Below are positions 1 through 9,740 of a stretch of 64,000 nucleotides of DNA, in pieces. The notes under the pieces are model-generated. The model worked only from the letters and a program-made list of their open reading frames with translations. It was not told the origin of the DNA and did not search any database. The translations under genes were made by a program, and so were the position numbers. The number at the start of each line of letters is the position of its first letter. Position 1 is the first letter of the stretch. The DNA lies in assembly GCA_034667725.1 (NCBI GenBank), contig JAXDQS010000010.1, positions 384,001 to 448,000 on the forward strand, in the 5' to 3' direction. Origin of the DNA: Thermoplasmata archaeon. Its GTDB lineage: Archaea > Thermoplasmatota > E2 > JACPAO01 > JAHFTW01.

Positions 1-283
1 CGGTCTCCGGCGTGACGTTGCAGCCCATGTCGACGCAGCGCAGCACCTGGACGTCGAGGCCTCCCGTCCAGCCGTACGCGGCCGTCTTGTTGGCGTCCTG
101 CGCCATCACGTCGAGGGTGATGTCGGTGACCCCGTCCTGGTCCGGGTCCGCGAACGCCAGCCGGAAGTCGATGCCGGCCACCAGCTCGCCGTGGTCGGGC
201 GGCAGCTCGCGCGCGGTGGCGTTTCCGGGCGCGCCGCAGCCGGACACGAGGGCCGCGACGGCCACGAACAGCACGGAACGCAT
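1..283 (-). CDS. Lipoprotein, unknown function (runs off window start)
   Basis: Own translation from ATG at 283: MRSVLFVAVAALVSGC (lipobox) GAPGNATARELPPDHGELVAGIDFRLAFADPDQDGVTDI...; open to window edge. Confidence 0.7.
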   Translation of the reverse strand, partial: MRSVLFVAVAALVSGCGAPGNATARELPPDHGELVAGIDFRLAFADPDQDGVTDITLDVMAQDANKTAAYGWTGGLDVQVLRCVDMGCNVTPET

Positions 284-423
284 GGCAGACACCAAACGCG
301 GGGCAGGTGATGACCGTTGCCCGCGGAATAGGTGCCGCGAACCGTCCCCCAGCAAGGAATCGTCGGGACGGCTTCGGCAGGCGGGAGCCGCGTGCTTATC
401 CCGGCTCTCCCGGTGGCGGGCCC

Positions 424-2235
424 GTGGAGTACGCGCGGCTGGCGGGCTTCTTCGAGCGCCTGGAGGCCACCTCCGGCCGGCTGGAGATGACCGGCATCCT
501 GGTCGAGATGCTCCAGGCCGTGCCCAAGAAGGACGTGGTCGCCGTGGTCCGGCTGCTGCAAGGCGCCGTCGCCCCCGACTGGGAAGGCCTCGAGACCGGG
601 GTCGCGGAGAAGCAGATCCTCAAGTCGCTGGCCACGGCCACGGGCGGCGCCGTCGACCGGATGCAGGCGCTCTACCTGGAGAAAGGCGACCTCGGCTTGG
701 TGGCGGAGGCCGTCCTCGCCCCAGGCGCGGCCAAGCAGAAGAGCCTGTTCGGCGCCCGCGAGCTGTCGGTGCAGGACGTGTTCGGCACGCTGGTCGAGAT
801 CGCCCGCACCCAAGGCATCGGCTCCCAAGAAGGCAAGCAGCGCCTCCTGTCGAAGATGCTGCTGGAGGCCTCCCCGATCGAGGCGCGCTACATCACCCGC
901 GCCGCCGCCGGCCGCCTCCGCCTCGGGGTCGCCGACATGAGCCTCCTCGACGCGATGGCCGCCTGGCACCTCGGCCGCGGCGTCCGCAGCGTCACCGCGA
1001 TGGAGGACGCGGAGCGCGCCGAGCAGGCCGCCCTGCGCGCCACGCTGGAGCACGCCTACGACCTGTGCAGCGACCTCGCCGTCGTGGCCGCCGCCCTCGC
1101 TAGCGGCGGCGTGGACGCGGTGCGCGCCATCCGCATCGAGCCCGGCGTCCCCGTGCGCCCCATGGCCGCGGAGCGCCTCAAGACCCTCCCTGAGATCCTG
1201 GAGAAGATGGAAGGCCGGGTCCTCATGGAGTACAAGTACGACGGGCTGCGCATCCAGGCCCACGTGCCGCACCAAGGCCCGGTGCGGCTGTTCAGCCGGC
1301 GGCTGGAGGACTTCACCAACCAGTTCCCGGACGTCGGCAAGGCGCTCGCCGCCATCCCCGCGCTGCGCGGCGCCATCGTCGAGGGCGAGGCGGTGGCGCT
1401 CGACGAGGCCGGCCGGCTGCGGCCGTTCCAGGACATCAGCCGGCGCCGCGGCCGCAAGGCCGACCTGGCCGCCGTGGCCGCCGAGATCCCCGTCACGCTG
1501 TTCCTGTTCGACCTGCTCGCGCAGGGCGGCAAGCCCATGATGGAGCTGCCGCAGGCCGAGCGGCGCGCGCGGCTGGAGCGGCTCGTCCCCGCCGACGGGC
1601 CGGTGCGCCCCAGCACCATGGCCGAGGCGACGACGGCGGAGGGGATGGCCGACTTCTTCGACCAGGCCGTGGCCGACGGCGCCGAGGGCATCATGTGCAA
1701 GGACCCGCGCGCCTCCTACAAGGCGGGCAGCCGCGGCTTCGCCTGGATCAAGTTCAAGACCGACTACACCGAGGCGCTCGTGGACACCCTCGACCTCGTG
1801 GCCATCGGCGCCTTCGTCGGCCGCGGCCGCCGCGCCGGCTGGTACGGCGCCCTCCTGATGGCAGCCTACGACCCCGAGCGCGGCGTCTGGCCGGGCGTCT
1901 GCAAGCTCGGCACCGGCTTCGACGACGCCACCCTGATGGGCCTCAAGGAGAAGTTCGCCGCCCACGCCGCCCCCGCGTGCCCGCCCCGCGTCGAGTCCGG
2001 CCTCGTGCCCGACGTCTGGCTCGAGCCCGCGGTCGTCATGGAGGTCCAGGCCGCCGAGCTGACGCTGTCGCCGACGCACCGCGCCGGCTGGGGCATGGTC
2101 AAGCCCGACGCCGGCTTCGCCGCCCGCTTCCCGCGCTTCACCGGCCGCTGGCGCGACGACAAGTCCGCCGAGCAGGCCACCACGGTCGCCGAGCTGCTCA
2201 AGATGTACCAGCTGCGCCACGCTCGAGCCCACTGA
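424..2235 (+). CDS. lig: ATP-dependent DNA ligase, archaeal type
   Basis: EYKYDGLRIQAH (KxDG adenylation motif), EGIMCK, WIKFK, RFPRF; N-terminal DNA-binding domain; GTG start at 424. Confidence 0.97.
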   Translation: MEYARLAGFFERLEATSGRLEMTGILVEMLQAVPKKDVVAVVRLLQGAVAPDWEGLETGVAEKQILKSLATATGGAVDRMQALYLEKGDLGLVAEAVLAPGAAKQKSLFGARELSVQDVFGTLVEIARTQGIGSQEGKQRLLSKMLLEASPIEARYITRAAAGRLRLGVADMSLLDAMAAWHLGRGVRSVTAMEDAERAEQAALRATLEHAYDLCSDLAVVAAALASGGVDAVRAIRIEPGVPVRPMAAERLKTLPEILEKMEGRVLMEYKYDGLRIQAHVPHQGPVRLFSRRLEDFTNQFPDVGKALAAIPALRGAIVEGEAVALDEAGRLRPFQDISRRRGRKADLAAVAAEIPVTLFLFDLLAQGGKPMMELPQAERRARLERLVPADGPVRPSTMAEATTAEGMADFFDQAVADGAEGIMCKDPRASYKAGSRGFAWIKFKTDYTEALVDTLDLVAIGAFVGRGRRAGWYGALLMAAYDPERGVWPGVCKLGTGFDDATLMGLKEKFAAHAAPACPPRVESGLVPDVWLEPAVVMEVQAAELTLSPTHRAGWGMVKPDAGFAARFPRFTGRWRDDKSAEQATTVAELLKMYQLRHARAH

Positions 2236-3784
2236 GCGCCGCCGCCGGCACGACGCCCGCCGCCGCGGCCCGGTACAGCTTCTGCCGGCCGACCGGCTGC
2301 GCCGTGACCAGGCCGACGGCGGCGAGGCGGTGCAGGCGGCTGCGGGTCGTGCGCGCCGGCCACCCGGCCAAGGCGTGCGCCTCCAGGATTTCCTTCTGGG
2401 GCCGGCCTGGGTTCGCAAGCACCCAGGCGTGCAGCGTCGCCAGCGCCGGCTCCCGCAGCAGCACGTGGCTCTCCCAGCCGGTGGCGTACTTGTCGTGGTT
2501 CTCGAAGTAGCGCAGGCTGTGGCCGTGCCGGCGCTCCACCAGCAGGCCGCTGCGCTTGAGCACGGCCAGGTGGTGCCGGCCGCTGCCCACGGCGAGGCCG
2601 GTGCCGCGCACCACCTCGCGGAAGGTCGCGCCCGGCCGCTCTTGGACGTAGCCCAGCACGTCGCGCCGGCGCGGGTGGCCGAGCGGGTCCCGCAGCCGCG
2701 TCAGGAGCGGCAGCAGCTTCAGCAGCGCGAACAGCCCGAGGCCCGCGCCCACCGCGGCAACACCCACGGCGGCCGGCAGCGGCAGGCCGAAGAGGGCGCC
2801 GGGGGCGACCGCCTGCTCGTCGAAGGCCGCCGCCTGCAGGTCGCCGCCGACGGCGGCGCGCATCCGGCCGTCGGGGCCGGTGGCGACCCCGTCGAGCGCA
2901 AGGTCGCCGGCGACCGTCAGGGTGCGGCCGTCCGGCATGGCGCAGGCGGCGCACGCCGTGGCGCCGCCTGCGAGCGGCAGCCGGGCGGTGCCGTTGACGC
3001 GCAGGCCGACGACGGGGCCCGCGGCCAGGAAGCGGCCGGCGGGAGCGGCGCCGTCGAGGGTGGCCGCGCCGTCGGTGAAGCCGGCCTCGACGAAGGTGTA
3101 GGACGCGATGCCCGCCTGGCGGCCGGGCAGCAGGCCCGTCTCGGTGGCGGAACGGCCGCCGGCCGCAGGGCACGGCGCGCCGTCCGGGCAGGCGGGCGCG
3201 AGATTGTGCCACTCGACGCGGCGCAGGCCCTCGGCGTGCAGCCACAGCCCTTGGACGTCGCCGGTCAGGTGGACATACGCGGCCGGGATCGCCGGCGTGC
3301 GGTAGGCGTGCGGGTCGACGGCGCCGGCCAGGTGCGTGCTCGGCAGGCTGCCGTCGAGGCGGTGCAGCAGCCGCGCCGACGGGCTGTCCACGGCGACCGT
3401 GATGGCGCGGGCCTCGACCACCAAGGTGGCGGGGCCGGGGGCGTGCGCCGCGAGCCGCATCCCGTCCAGCGCCATGGCGGACGGCTCCGGGGCCTGCGGG
3501 TTGGGAAGCGGGAGCGTGAGGTTGGTCTGGCCGCCGCCGGCCTGGGTGGCGTAGCGGACGGTGTGGTTGGCGACGATGGCGGGGGCCGGCGCGGCGAGCA
3601 GGAGCTGGGCGGCGCCTGCGTCGGGCAGCAACAGCACCAAGGTCTGGAAGCCGCCCGCGTCGAGGGTGCCCGCGAAGTTGGCGGGCACCGCGAACGACAG
3701 CTCCAGCGCCTGCGTCGTCCCGGCTTGCGCAGGGGAGGCCATGACGACGGCCAGCACGAGGAGAATCAGGCGGGCGTGGCGCAT
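2198..3784 (-). CDS. Membrane-anchored regulator: signal peptide, large extracellular region, one TM helix, C-terminal tandem winged HTH
   Basis: MRHARLILLVLAVVMASPAQA signal; TM AAVGVAAVGAGLGLFALLKLL; HPRRRDVLGYVQERPGATFREV...HHLAVLKRSGLL and a second wHTH NPGRPQKEI...SRLHRLAAVGLV. Confidence 0.8.
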   Translation of the reverse strand: MRHARLILLVLAVVMASPAQAGTTQALELSFAVPANFAGTLDAGGFQTLVLLLPDAGAAQLLLAAPAPAIVANHTVRYATQAGGGQTNLTLPLPNPQAPEPSAMALDGMRLAAHAPGPATLVVEARAITVAVDSPSARLLHRLDGSLPSTHLAGAVDPHAYRTPAIPAAYVHLTGDVQGLWLHAEGLRRVEWHNLAPACPDGAPCPAAGGRSATETGLLPGRQAGIASYTFVEAGFTDGAATLDGAAPAGRFLAAGPVVGLRVNGTARLPLAGGATACAACAMPDGRTLTVAGDLALDGVATGPDGRMRAAVGGDLQAAAFDEQAVAPGALFGLPLPAAVGVAAVGAGLGLFALLKLLPLLTRLRDPLGHPRRRDVLGYVQERPGATFREVVRGTGLAVGSGRHHLAVLKRSGLLVERRHGHSLRYFENHDKYATGWESHVLLREPALATLHAWVLANPGRPQKEILEAHALAGWPARTTRSRLHRLAAVGLVTAQPVGRQKLYRAAAAGVVPAAALSGLERGAAGTS

Positions 3785-4680
3785 GCCATGTCCTCGAAGC
3801 GGTGCAGGTCGCCGGCCAGGCCGAGCGTGTCGAGCTGGTCGCCGTAGCCCAGGTAGGGGCTGGGCGCCGCCTGGCTGTAGAGCATCGACGGCCCCATCGT
3901 GCCCGGCGTGAGGGTGGCCTGGACGCGGTCGCCGCGCATCGACTCGTGGAAGTCCAAGAGGTGCAGGATGCCCTCGTCGGACCGCCACGCCAGCCGCTGC
4001 AGGTAGGGGGCCGCCTGCTTGGTGGCGTCGAGGTCGGCGTGGCGGAACGTGACCTCGGAGGCTTCCCCGCTGGGCAGTTGCCAGCGCCAAGTCCAGGCGG
4101 AGGCCGGGCCGACCGCGTCCTCGGTGACCGTGAACGCCGCCGCCTTGGTCGGCATGCCGAAGGTGAGGTTTGCCCAGGCGGCGACCTCGGCGTCGTCGAA
4201 CCACATCGCCTGCAACGCCATGAGCGTGCCCGGCACGTGGGGGGCGCCGTAGCTGGTGCAGCCGGGGTCCGGCGTCTGCCGGTCATGAATCTCGTAGATC
4301 AAGGTGATCGGCCGCTCGAACGGGCCCCAGCGCATCCGCTCGCACTTGGCGAAGCGGAGCTCGACGTCGGTCGGCACCGGCGGCGCGTCCGGCCAGCCCT
4401 CCACGGGCCGCCCAGGGCCGAGCAGGCTGGGGAAGGTGAACACGGTCCCCGCCCCGATGCAGCCCGTGAACTCCATTTGCAACTGGCCGAAGGGCTCCTC
4501 GAGCACGGCGGCGTCGGCGGTCGCCCCCGCCGGGGCAAGGGGTTCGGAAGCGGAAGGCGCGGCCCCGGTGGCGGCGCAGCCGGCCAGCAGCACCAGCGCG
4601 GCGGCGGCGAGCGCGAAGGCCGGTTCAGCAAAGCGCGGAGGGCGTTTGCTGGTATTGGAGGGTATACAATCCCGGCCCAA
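3766..4680 (-). CDS. Lipoprotein, unknown function (start uncertain; TTG at 4680 chosen)
   Basis: ALAAAALVLLAGC lipobox followed by a globular Cys-containing domain; overlaps both neighbours. Confidence 0.7.
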   Translation of the reverse strand: MGRDCIPSNTSKRPPRFAEPAFALAAAALVLLAGCAATGAAPSASEPLAPAGATADAAVLEEPFGQLQMEFTGCIGAGTVFTFPSLLGPGRPVEGWPDAPPVPTDVELRFAKCERMRWGPFERPITLIYEIHDRQTPDPGCTSYGAPHVPGTLMALQAMWFDDAEVAAWANLTFGMPTKAAAFTVTEDAVGPASAWTWRWQLPSGEASEVTFRHADLDATKQAAPYLQRLAWRSDEGILHLLDFHESMRGDRVQATLTPGTMGPSMLYSQAAPSPYLGYGDQLDTLGLAGDLHRFEDMACATPA

Positions 4681-5002
4681 CGAAACCCCCTTCGATGCCG
4701 ACCCCATAGACGACCGAACTCTTGAGCCGGCTGATAAAGATGGAGGTGTCCCCAGGTTTTGCATTCCAGTCGAGCGTAAAGTCAACGCACACGAACGACG
4801 CCACGCATCCTTGCAAGAGGACGCACAAGGCCTGCACGCAGGCATCGCGGGCAAACGTCGCCCGTCCCAGGAGGTCGAAACAGGCCTCCATGAGGGGGGA
4901 CGAATCTGGTAATTCGACGGCGGTCGCCCCAGGCGCCACCAGGAGGGCGGCCAGCAGCATCCCAACCGGGAACATCGTCGTGCGCGACAAAACGCCAGGC
5001 AT
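4625..5002 (-). CDS. Small secreted Cys-rich protein
   Basis: Signal MLLAALLVAPGATA; six Cys in about 100 mature residues; A/T-richer codons. Confidence 0.6.
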   Translation of the reverse strand: MPGVLSRTTMFPVGMLLAALLVAPGATAVELPDSSPLMEACFDLLGRATFARDACVQALCVLLQGCVASFVCVDFTLDWNAKPGDTSIFISRLKSSVVYGVGIEGGFVGPGLYTLQYQQTPSALC

Positions 5003-5158
5003 GCGTCTTGCAGCCCACCCACAAGGAAAACCGGCTTAGTACAACCCTTGCCACAATCCAACATATCGGTCCAGCCCGGCCCCCGCCCCGCTTTTGGGTC
5101 CAGAAACCGCACCCATTGTACCAACTGACTCAAGATCGCCCCCAGTTTCGAACGAGGC

Positions 5159-5767
5159 ATGGGCGCGCCGCGCCGGCTGTCGCTGTCCGACCTGGGCCGA
5201 CCGGCCCTGGTGGACCAAGTGCGCATCGAAGTCCCCCCCGACGCAGGCGAAGGCGCCCGCCACTGGGACGGCCCCCGCGCCGAGATGGACGCCGACGTCT
5301 TCCTGCGCGGCCTGCCCCAACGCGGCCCCCGCGGCGCCTGGGCCTGGATGGTGCGCGTCCACCTCCTGCTGGAGGACCGCACCTCCCTGGTCGCGCATCT
5401 GCCGCTGCGCGCCGGCGTGCCCGCCCCCACCGTGCGCGCCGCCGCGGTCGCCGGGCTGCGGCGCGCCACCGACGACCTCCAGAGCCCACCCGGCCAACGC
5501 GGCGAGGCCCGCCGCGTCCTGGAGCTGCTCACCGGCGAGCCGTTCCGCTACGAGGCCGCCCCCGACTTCCGGCTGATGTTCCAGGAATACCAACGGCTCG
5601 TGGAGCAGCCGTTGCGGCCGGCCCCGCCGCCGCAGCAGGCGCGCCGCAAGGCCCGCCTCCCTGCCGAGTCAAACGAACCATCCACTAGGCCTATGAGCGA
5701 CGAGACGCCGCTTCCGGAGCGGTGCCCCCCTTGGAACCCGAACTCCGCCGCCTCCGTTCCGCCCTGA
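5159..5767 (+). CDS. Hypothetical protein
   Basis: Typical GC3-rich codon usage; no motif recognised. Confidence 0.55.
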   Translation: MGAPRRLSLSDLGRPALVDQVRIEVPPDAGEGARHWDGPRAEMDADVFLRGLPQRGPRGAWAWMVRVHLLLEDRTSLVAHLPLRAGVPAPTVRAAAVAGLRRATDDLQSPPGQRGEARRVLELLTGEPFRYEAAPDFRLMFQEYQRLVEQPLRPAPPPQQARRKARLPAESNEPSTRPMSDETPLPERCPPWNPNSAASVPP

Positions 5768-6384
5768 AGTTCTCGTTGTGGGCCTGGGCGGCGTACTGGC
5801 CCGGCGGCGGCCTCATGCTGCTGGCCGGCGGCATGAGCGATCCCGCCTCCATCGCTGTCGCGCTTGGCTCCGCGGCCTGCTTCCTGCTGTTGATGGCGAG
5901 CGGCGCCTTGCGTGCCGAGGCTGGCTCGATGCGATTGCGCGAGTTGTTGGTGGACCGGCCGTTCTACCTCCTGGGCGTGCTGGCCGTCTTCATCGCGGTT
6001 GGCGCCACCGCCAGCAGCGCCGCCAAGCTGGGCCTGCTGCTGTTCTCCAGCATCTACCTCGTGGCCCTCGGGATGGCGGCCCATGCGTTGCGGCAGCACC
6101 TCAAGGCGCGCGGCCTCGGCGTCTACGCCAGCCGCGGCGACCAGCTCTACATCCTGCTGGGCGCCATCGCGGTCCCTGCCGCCCTGGTGGTGCTGGACGC
6201 GATGTCGTCCAACCCCGTCGGCGGCCCGTCCTCCATGGTGGCGGTGTTCAACGTCCTGAACCTGCTCTACCCGCCGCTTCTGATGGTGGCATCGCGGCCG
6301 TTCCGCGAGCCGCTGCGGCTGCGCCTTGTCCGGCCTCGCCCCACCGTCCCTGCCGTCGTGGCGGAGGACGCGGTCGCGGCCTAG
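5722..6384 (+). CDS. Polytopic membrane protein
   Basis: About six hydrophobic helices. Confidence 0.7.
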   Translation: MPPLEPELRRLRSALKFSLWAWAAYWPGGGLMLLAGGMSDPASIAVALGSAACFLLLMASGALRAEAGSMRLRELLVDRPFYLLGVLAVFIAVGATASSAAKLGLLLFSSIYLVALGMAAHALRQHLKARGLGVYASRGDQLYILLGAIAVPAALVVLDAMSSNPVGGPSSMVAVFNVLNLLYPPLLMVASRPFREPLRLRLVRPRPTVPAVVAEDAVAA

Positions 6385-6421
6385 AAACCGGGAAAAGGGG
6401 GAGAAAAGACGGCCTGCCCGC

Positions 6422-6817
6422 TCACGCCGTGACCGGGTCGACCCGGACGACGATGTCTTGACACTCCGCGTGGCCGGGCGGGTTGGGCTCGCCGTACATG
6501 GCCGTGCAGTAGTTGTCCTGGGTGCCGTCGACGGCGGGGGACACGATGCCGACCACGATGGCGACCTCGCCCATCACGAAGGTGTAGCCGATGCCAGCGA
6601 CGGTGTTGGCATCGTGGACGCGGTTGCAGCCGAAGGTGGTGGCCTCGTTCAGGATGTTGTTGAGGATTTCCTCGATGCCGCCGCCGCTGCCGGGGGGCCA
6701 CGGGTTGCAGGTGGCCGTGGGGGGCGGCGGGGGCATGAACGTGACCGCCGAGGCGGCGGGGGCGACCAGCAGCAGGCCGACCGCAAGGAAGGCTGCGCAC
6801 AGCAGGGTGTTTCGCAT
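6422..6817 (-). CDS. Small secreted protein with four mature-region Cys and a hydrophobic segment
   Basis: MRNTLLCAAFLAVGLLLVAPAASA signal; ATG at 6817. Confidence 0.7.
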   Translation of the reverse strand: MRNTLLCAAFLAVGLLLVAPAASAVTFMPPPPPTATCNPWPPGSGGGIEEILNNILNEATTFGCNRVHDANTVAGIGYTFVMGEVAIVVGIVSPAVDGTQDNYCTAMYGEPNPPGHAECQDIVVRVDPVTA

Positions 6818-6950
6818 GTTCTTTTCACTCTCTTGGTCCGAAGACCACGGCACCGACCGACGGGGAGGTGATGAAGCGTTTGGCTAATCCGGGCCCCCGC
6901 CATCGCCAAAAGGTGCCCTTCAAGACCCGGGGATGGGTCGCAGCGGCGTC

Positions 6951-7751
6951 ATGGGCCTGCTGAAGGTCGTCGCGAGCCTCATCTGGATCTATTCCTACGT
7001 CACGCTCGGCGCCATGATGGCGGTCGCGGCGCTGCCGGCCTGGCTGGTGGCGACGTGGGGCTGGAGCCTGGCGCCGTTCGCCGGCACCGCGTGGGAAGGG
7101 GCCACCTGGGCCTACCTGCTCGACACGCTCCTGGGGCTCTACTTCAGCATCCTGGCGTTCTTCGTCTTCGGCATCGCCCTCATGGTGGTGCTGCCGACGG
7201 TGAAGTTCATCTTCCGCTGGAAGCCGCACATCGGCGCCGTGCCGGTCCACTCGTTCAAGATCTGGGCGTGGTACAACTACAACGGCATGCTGTTCCTGTT
7301 CAACACGGTGTTCGCCCGCTTCGCCCGCCTCACGACGCTCTACCCGGTCTACCTCCGCATGATGGGCGCCAAGATCGGCCGCGACGCCGTCGTCAACACG
7401 CAGCACATCTACGACCTGGACATCATCACCATCGGCCCCAAGACCATCATCGGCGCCAACGCCAGCCTGCTGGGGCACGTCGGCGAGAAGGGCAAGCTGG
7501 TGCGCCAGCCCGTCCGCATCGGCGCCAACTGCACGGTCGGCCAGTACGCCAACATCTTCCCCGGCGTCACGATGGGCGACAACTGCCACGTCGGCGCCAT
7601 GAGCCTGGTCCCCAAGGGCATGACCCTGGAGGCGAACGCGGTCTACGGCGGCGTGCCGGTCAAGAAGATTCGCGACCTCAAGCCAGGCGAGAAGGCCACC
7701 GCGGACGAGCTGTCGGCCACCGCCGGCGTGCCCGCGGACGGCGAGCGATGA
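6951..7751 (+). CDS. Membrane-bound left-handed beta-helix (hexapeptide repeat) acyltransferase-like protein
   Basis: N-terminal TM helices, then YLRMMGAKIG, IGPKTIIGANA, VRIGANCTVG, GVTMGDNCHVGAMSLV, YGGVP. Confidence 0.85.
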   Translation: MGLLKVVASLIWIYSYVTLGAMMAVAALPAWLVATWGWSLAPFAGTAWEGATWAYLLDTLLGLYFSILAFFVFGIALMVVLPTVKFIFRWKPHIGAVPVHSFKIWAWYNYNGMLFLFNTVFARFARLTTLYPVYLRMMGAKIGRDAVVNTQHIYDLDIITIGPKTIIGANASLLGHVGEKGKLVRQPVRIGANCTVGQYANIFPGVTMGDNCHVGAMSLVPKGMTLEANAVYGGVPVKKIRDLKPGEKATADELSATAGVPADGER

Positions 7752-8455
7752 AGGCCTGGTGGCTGCCGCCCGTCGCCGTCGGGCTGCTGGCCGCCACGGG
7801 CGCATGGGCCTTCGACGCGCTGGTGCAGGAGCCCGCGCCCCCGCCTGCGGAAGGCATCCCCGTGCGGTTCCCGTTCCTGGACGGGCCGGCCATCCCGTGC
7901 GCCGCCGACGGGCAGGCGTGCGACCGGGACACGACCGTGCTCGCGGTGCGCGGCGGCCGCACGACCGCGCAGGACGTCCGCGACGCCACCTGGCGGGGCC
8001 GCGCCACGGGGCCGACGCCCGTCCTGCCGTCGGAGGCCGAGGTCGACTGGCTCGACGGCGGCGTCGGCCGGCTCCGGCTCCAGGAGGGCCTGTGCTGCGA
8101 CCACGCCGGCCCGAACGTGGCGCGGCCCGCCCTGCCCGCCAACCGCACCTCCGCCACGCTGACGTTCTACGCCTTCCTGGGCGACGGCCGGCTCCAGGCC
8201 ACCAACGCCAACGCCACCGCGGCCGGGCGCTTCGAGCCGGCCAGCGACCTCCTGCAGGCCGAGGCGCGCACGTTCGCCCTGGCGCCGGGCGCGCCCGGCG
8301 CCGCGCTGCCCGCCTTCGTGGACAAGGCGATGCCGGACCTGCGCGGCCGGCTGCGGACCCTTCCCGTGGGCGGAATCGCCACCTACCTCCTGGAGCAGCA
8401 CGACTACCAGGACCTGTTCGGGCCGCTCTACGTCACCCTGCGCGTCGAGGCCTAA
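7748..8455 (+). CDS. Membrane-anchored/secreted protein, possibly with a degenerate FKBP-like C-terminal domain
   Basis: ATGA overlap with upstream gene; hydrophobic N-terminus; TFYAFLGDGRLQATN...LPVGG pattern. Confidence 0.6.
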   Translation: MKAWWLPPVAVGLLAATGAWAFDALVQEPAPPPAEGIPVRFPFLDGPAIPCAADGQACDRDTTVLAVRGGRTTAQDVRDATWRGRATGPTPVLPSEAEVDWLDGGVGRLRLQEGLCCDHAGPNVARPALPANRTSATLTFYAFLGDGRLQATNANATAAGRFEPASDLLQAEARTFALAPGAPGAALPAFVDKAMPDLRGRLRTLPVGGIATYLLEQHDYQDLFGPLYVTLRVEA

Positions 8456-8486
8456 GCTTCAAGCCCGCCTCCCCCTCGGCGCCCCC

Positions 8487-9740
8487 GTGGCCCAGAAGAC
8501 GGTCAAGGCCCTGCCGGGCGCCCCGCGCAGCCTCCAGATCGAGTACGCCATCCGCGACGTCGTCGTGCCCGCCCGCGCGCTCGAGGCCGCCGGCCACACG
8601 GTGCTGAAGCTCAACATCGGCGACCCGTGCGCCTACGGCTTCCGCCCGCCCCAGCACATGGTCGACGCCTTGGCGAAGGCCGCGCAGGACAACGTCAACG
8701 GCTACACCGCCAGCGAAGGCGACCCTCGCCTCGTGGACGCCATCGTGCGCCGCGAGAAGCGCCGCAACGGCGTCGACTACGCCCCCGGCGACGTGGTGGT
8801 CACCACCGGCGTCTCCGAGTCGCTCCAGATGCTCCTGGGCGCAAGCGTCAACCCGGGCGACGAGGTGCTCATCCCCGGCCCGAGCTACCCGCCCTACGAC
8901 TCGCTCGTGAAGTACTTCGGCGGCACCCCGGTCCACTACCGCACCGTCGAGGCCGAGGAGTGGCAGCCGGACGTCGACGACCTGCGGAAGAAGATCACGC
9001 CGCGCACCAAGCTCGTCTGCCTCATCAACCCGAACAACCCCACGGGCGCCCTCTACTCCCGCCGCGTCGTGCAGGACTTCGCGGACGTCGTCGGCGAGCA
9101 CCAGGACCAACTGATGATGGTCTCGGACGAGATCTACGACCAGATGACCTTCGACGGCGTCCAGGTCGCAAGCAAGACAGTGGCCCCCGACGTCCCGATG
9201 GCGACCCTCAACGGCTTCAGCAAGGTCTACCTCGTCCCCGGCTGGCGCCTCGGCCACATCCTATGGAACGACCCGACCGGCTCGCTGTCGCAGATCCGCG
9301 AAGGCGTCACCCGGGCCAGCCGCGTCCGCCTGTGCGCCTCCAGCATCGCCCAGCGCGCCGCCGTGGCCGCCCTCGACGGCCCCCAGGACCACATCGCCCA
9401 GACCAACGCCGCGCTGCGGATCCGCCGCGACTTCGCCGTCCGCCGCCTCAACGAGATCGACGGCCTCTCCTGCGCCAAGCCCGACGGCGCGTTCTACGCC
9501 TTCCCGCGCATCGACGCGCTGGACACCCCCAAAGGACGCAAGGCGTGGAAGGACGACAAGGAGTTCGTGCTCGACTTCCTCCGGACCGAGAAGGTCCTCA
9601 CCGTCCACGGCTCCGGCTTCGACAAGGAATACGGCGCGAACCACTTCCGCGTCGTCATCCTGCCCGACATCCCTATCTTGGAGACCGCCTTCGATCGCCT
9701 GGAAAGCTACATGGCGCGCAAGCTCAAGGGGGACGCATGA
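8487..9740 (+). CDS. PLP-dependent class I/II aminotransferase (AlaA/AspC-like)
   Basis: LNIGDP, INPNNPTGA, SDEIYD, NGFSKVYLVPGWRLG. Confidence 0.93.
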   Translation: MAQKTVKALPGAPRSLQIEYAIRDVVVPARALEAAGHTVLKLNIGDPCAYGFRPPQHMVDALAKAAQDNVNGYTASEGDPRLVDAIVRREKRRNGVDYAPGDVVVTTGVSESLQMLLGASVNPGDEVLIPGPSYPPYDSLVKYFGGTPVHYRTVEAEEWQPDVDDLRKKITPRTKLVCLINPNNPTGALYSRRVVQDFADVVGEHQDQLMMVSDEIYDQMTFDGVQVASKTVAPDVPMATLNGFSKVYLVPGWRLGHILWNDPTGSLSQIREGVTRASRVRLCASSIAQRAAVAALDGPQDHIAQTNAALRIRRDFAVRRLNEIDGLSCAKPDGAFYAFPRIDALDTPKGRKAWKDDKEFVLDFLRTEKVLTVHGSGFDKEYGANHFRVVILPDIPILETAFDRLESYMARKLKGDA

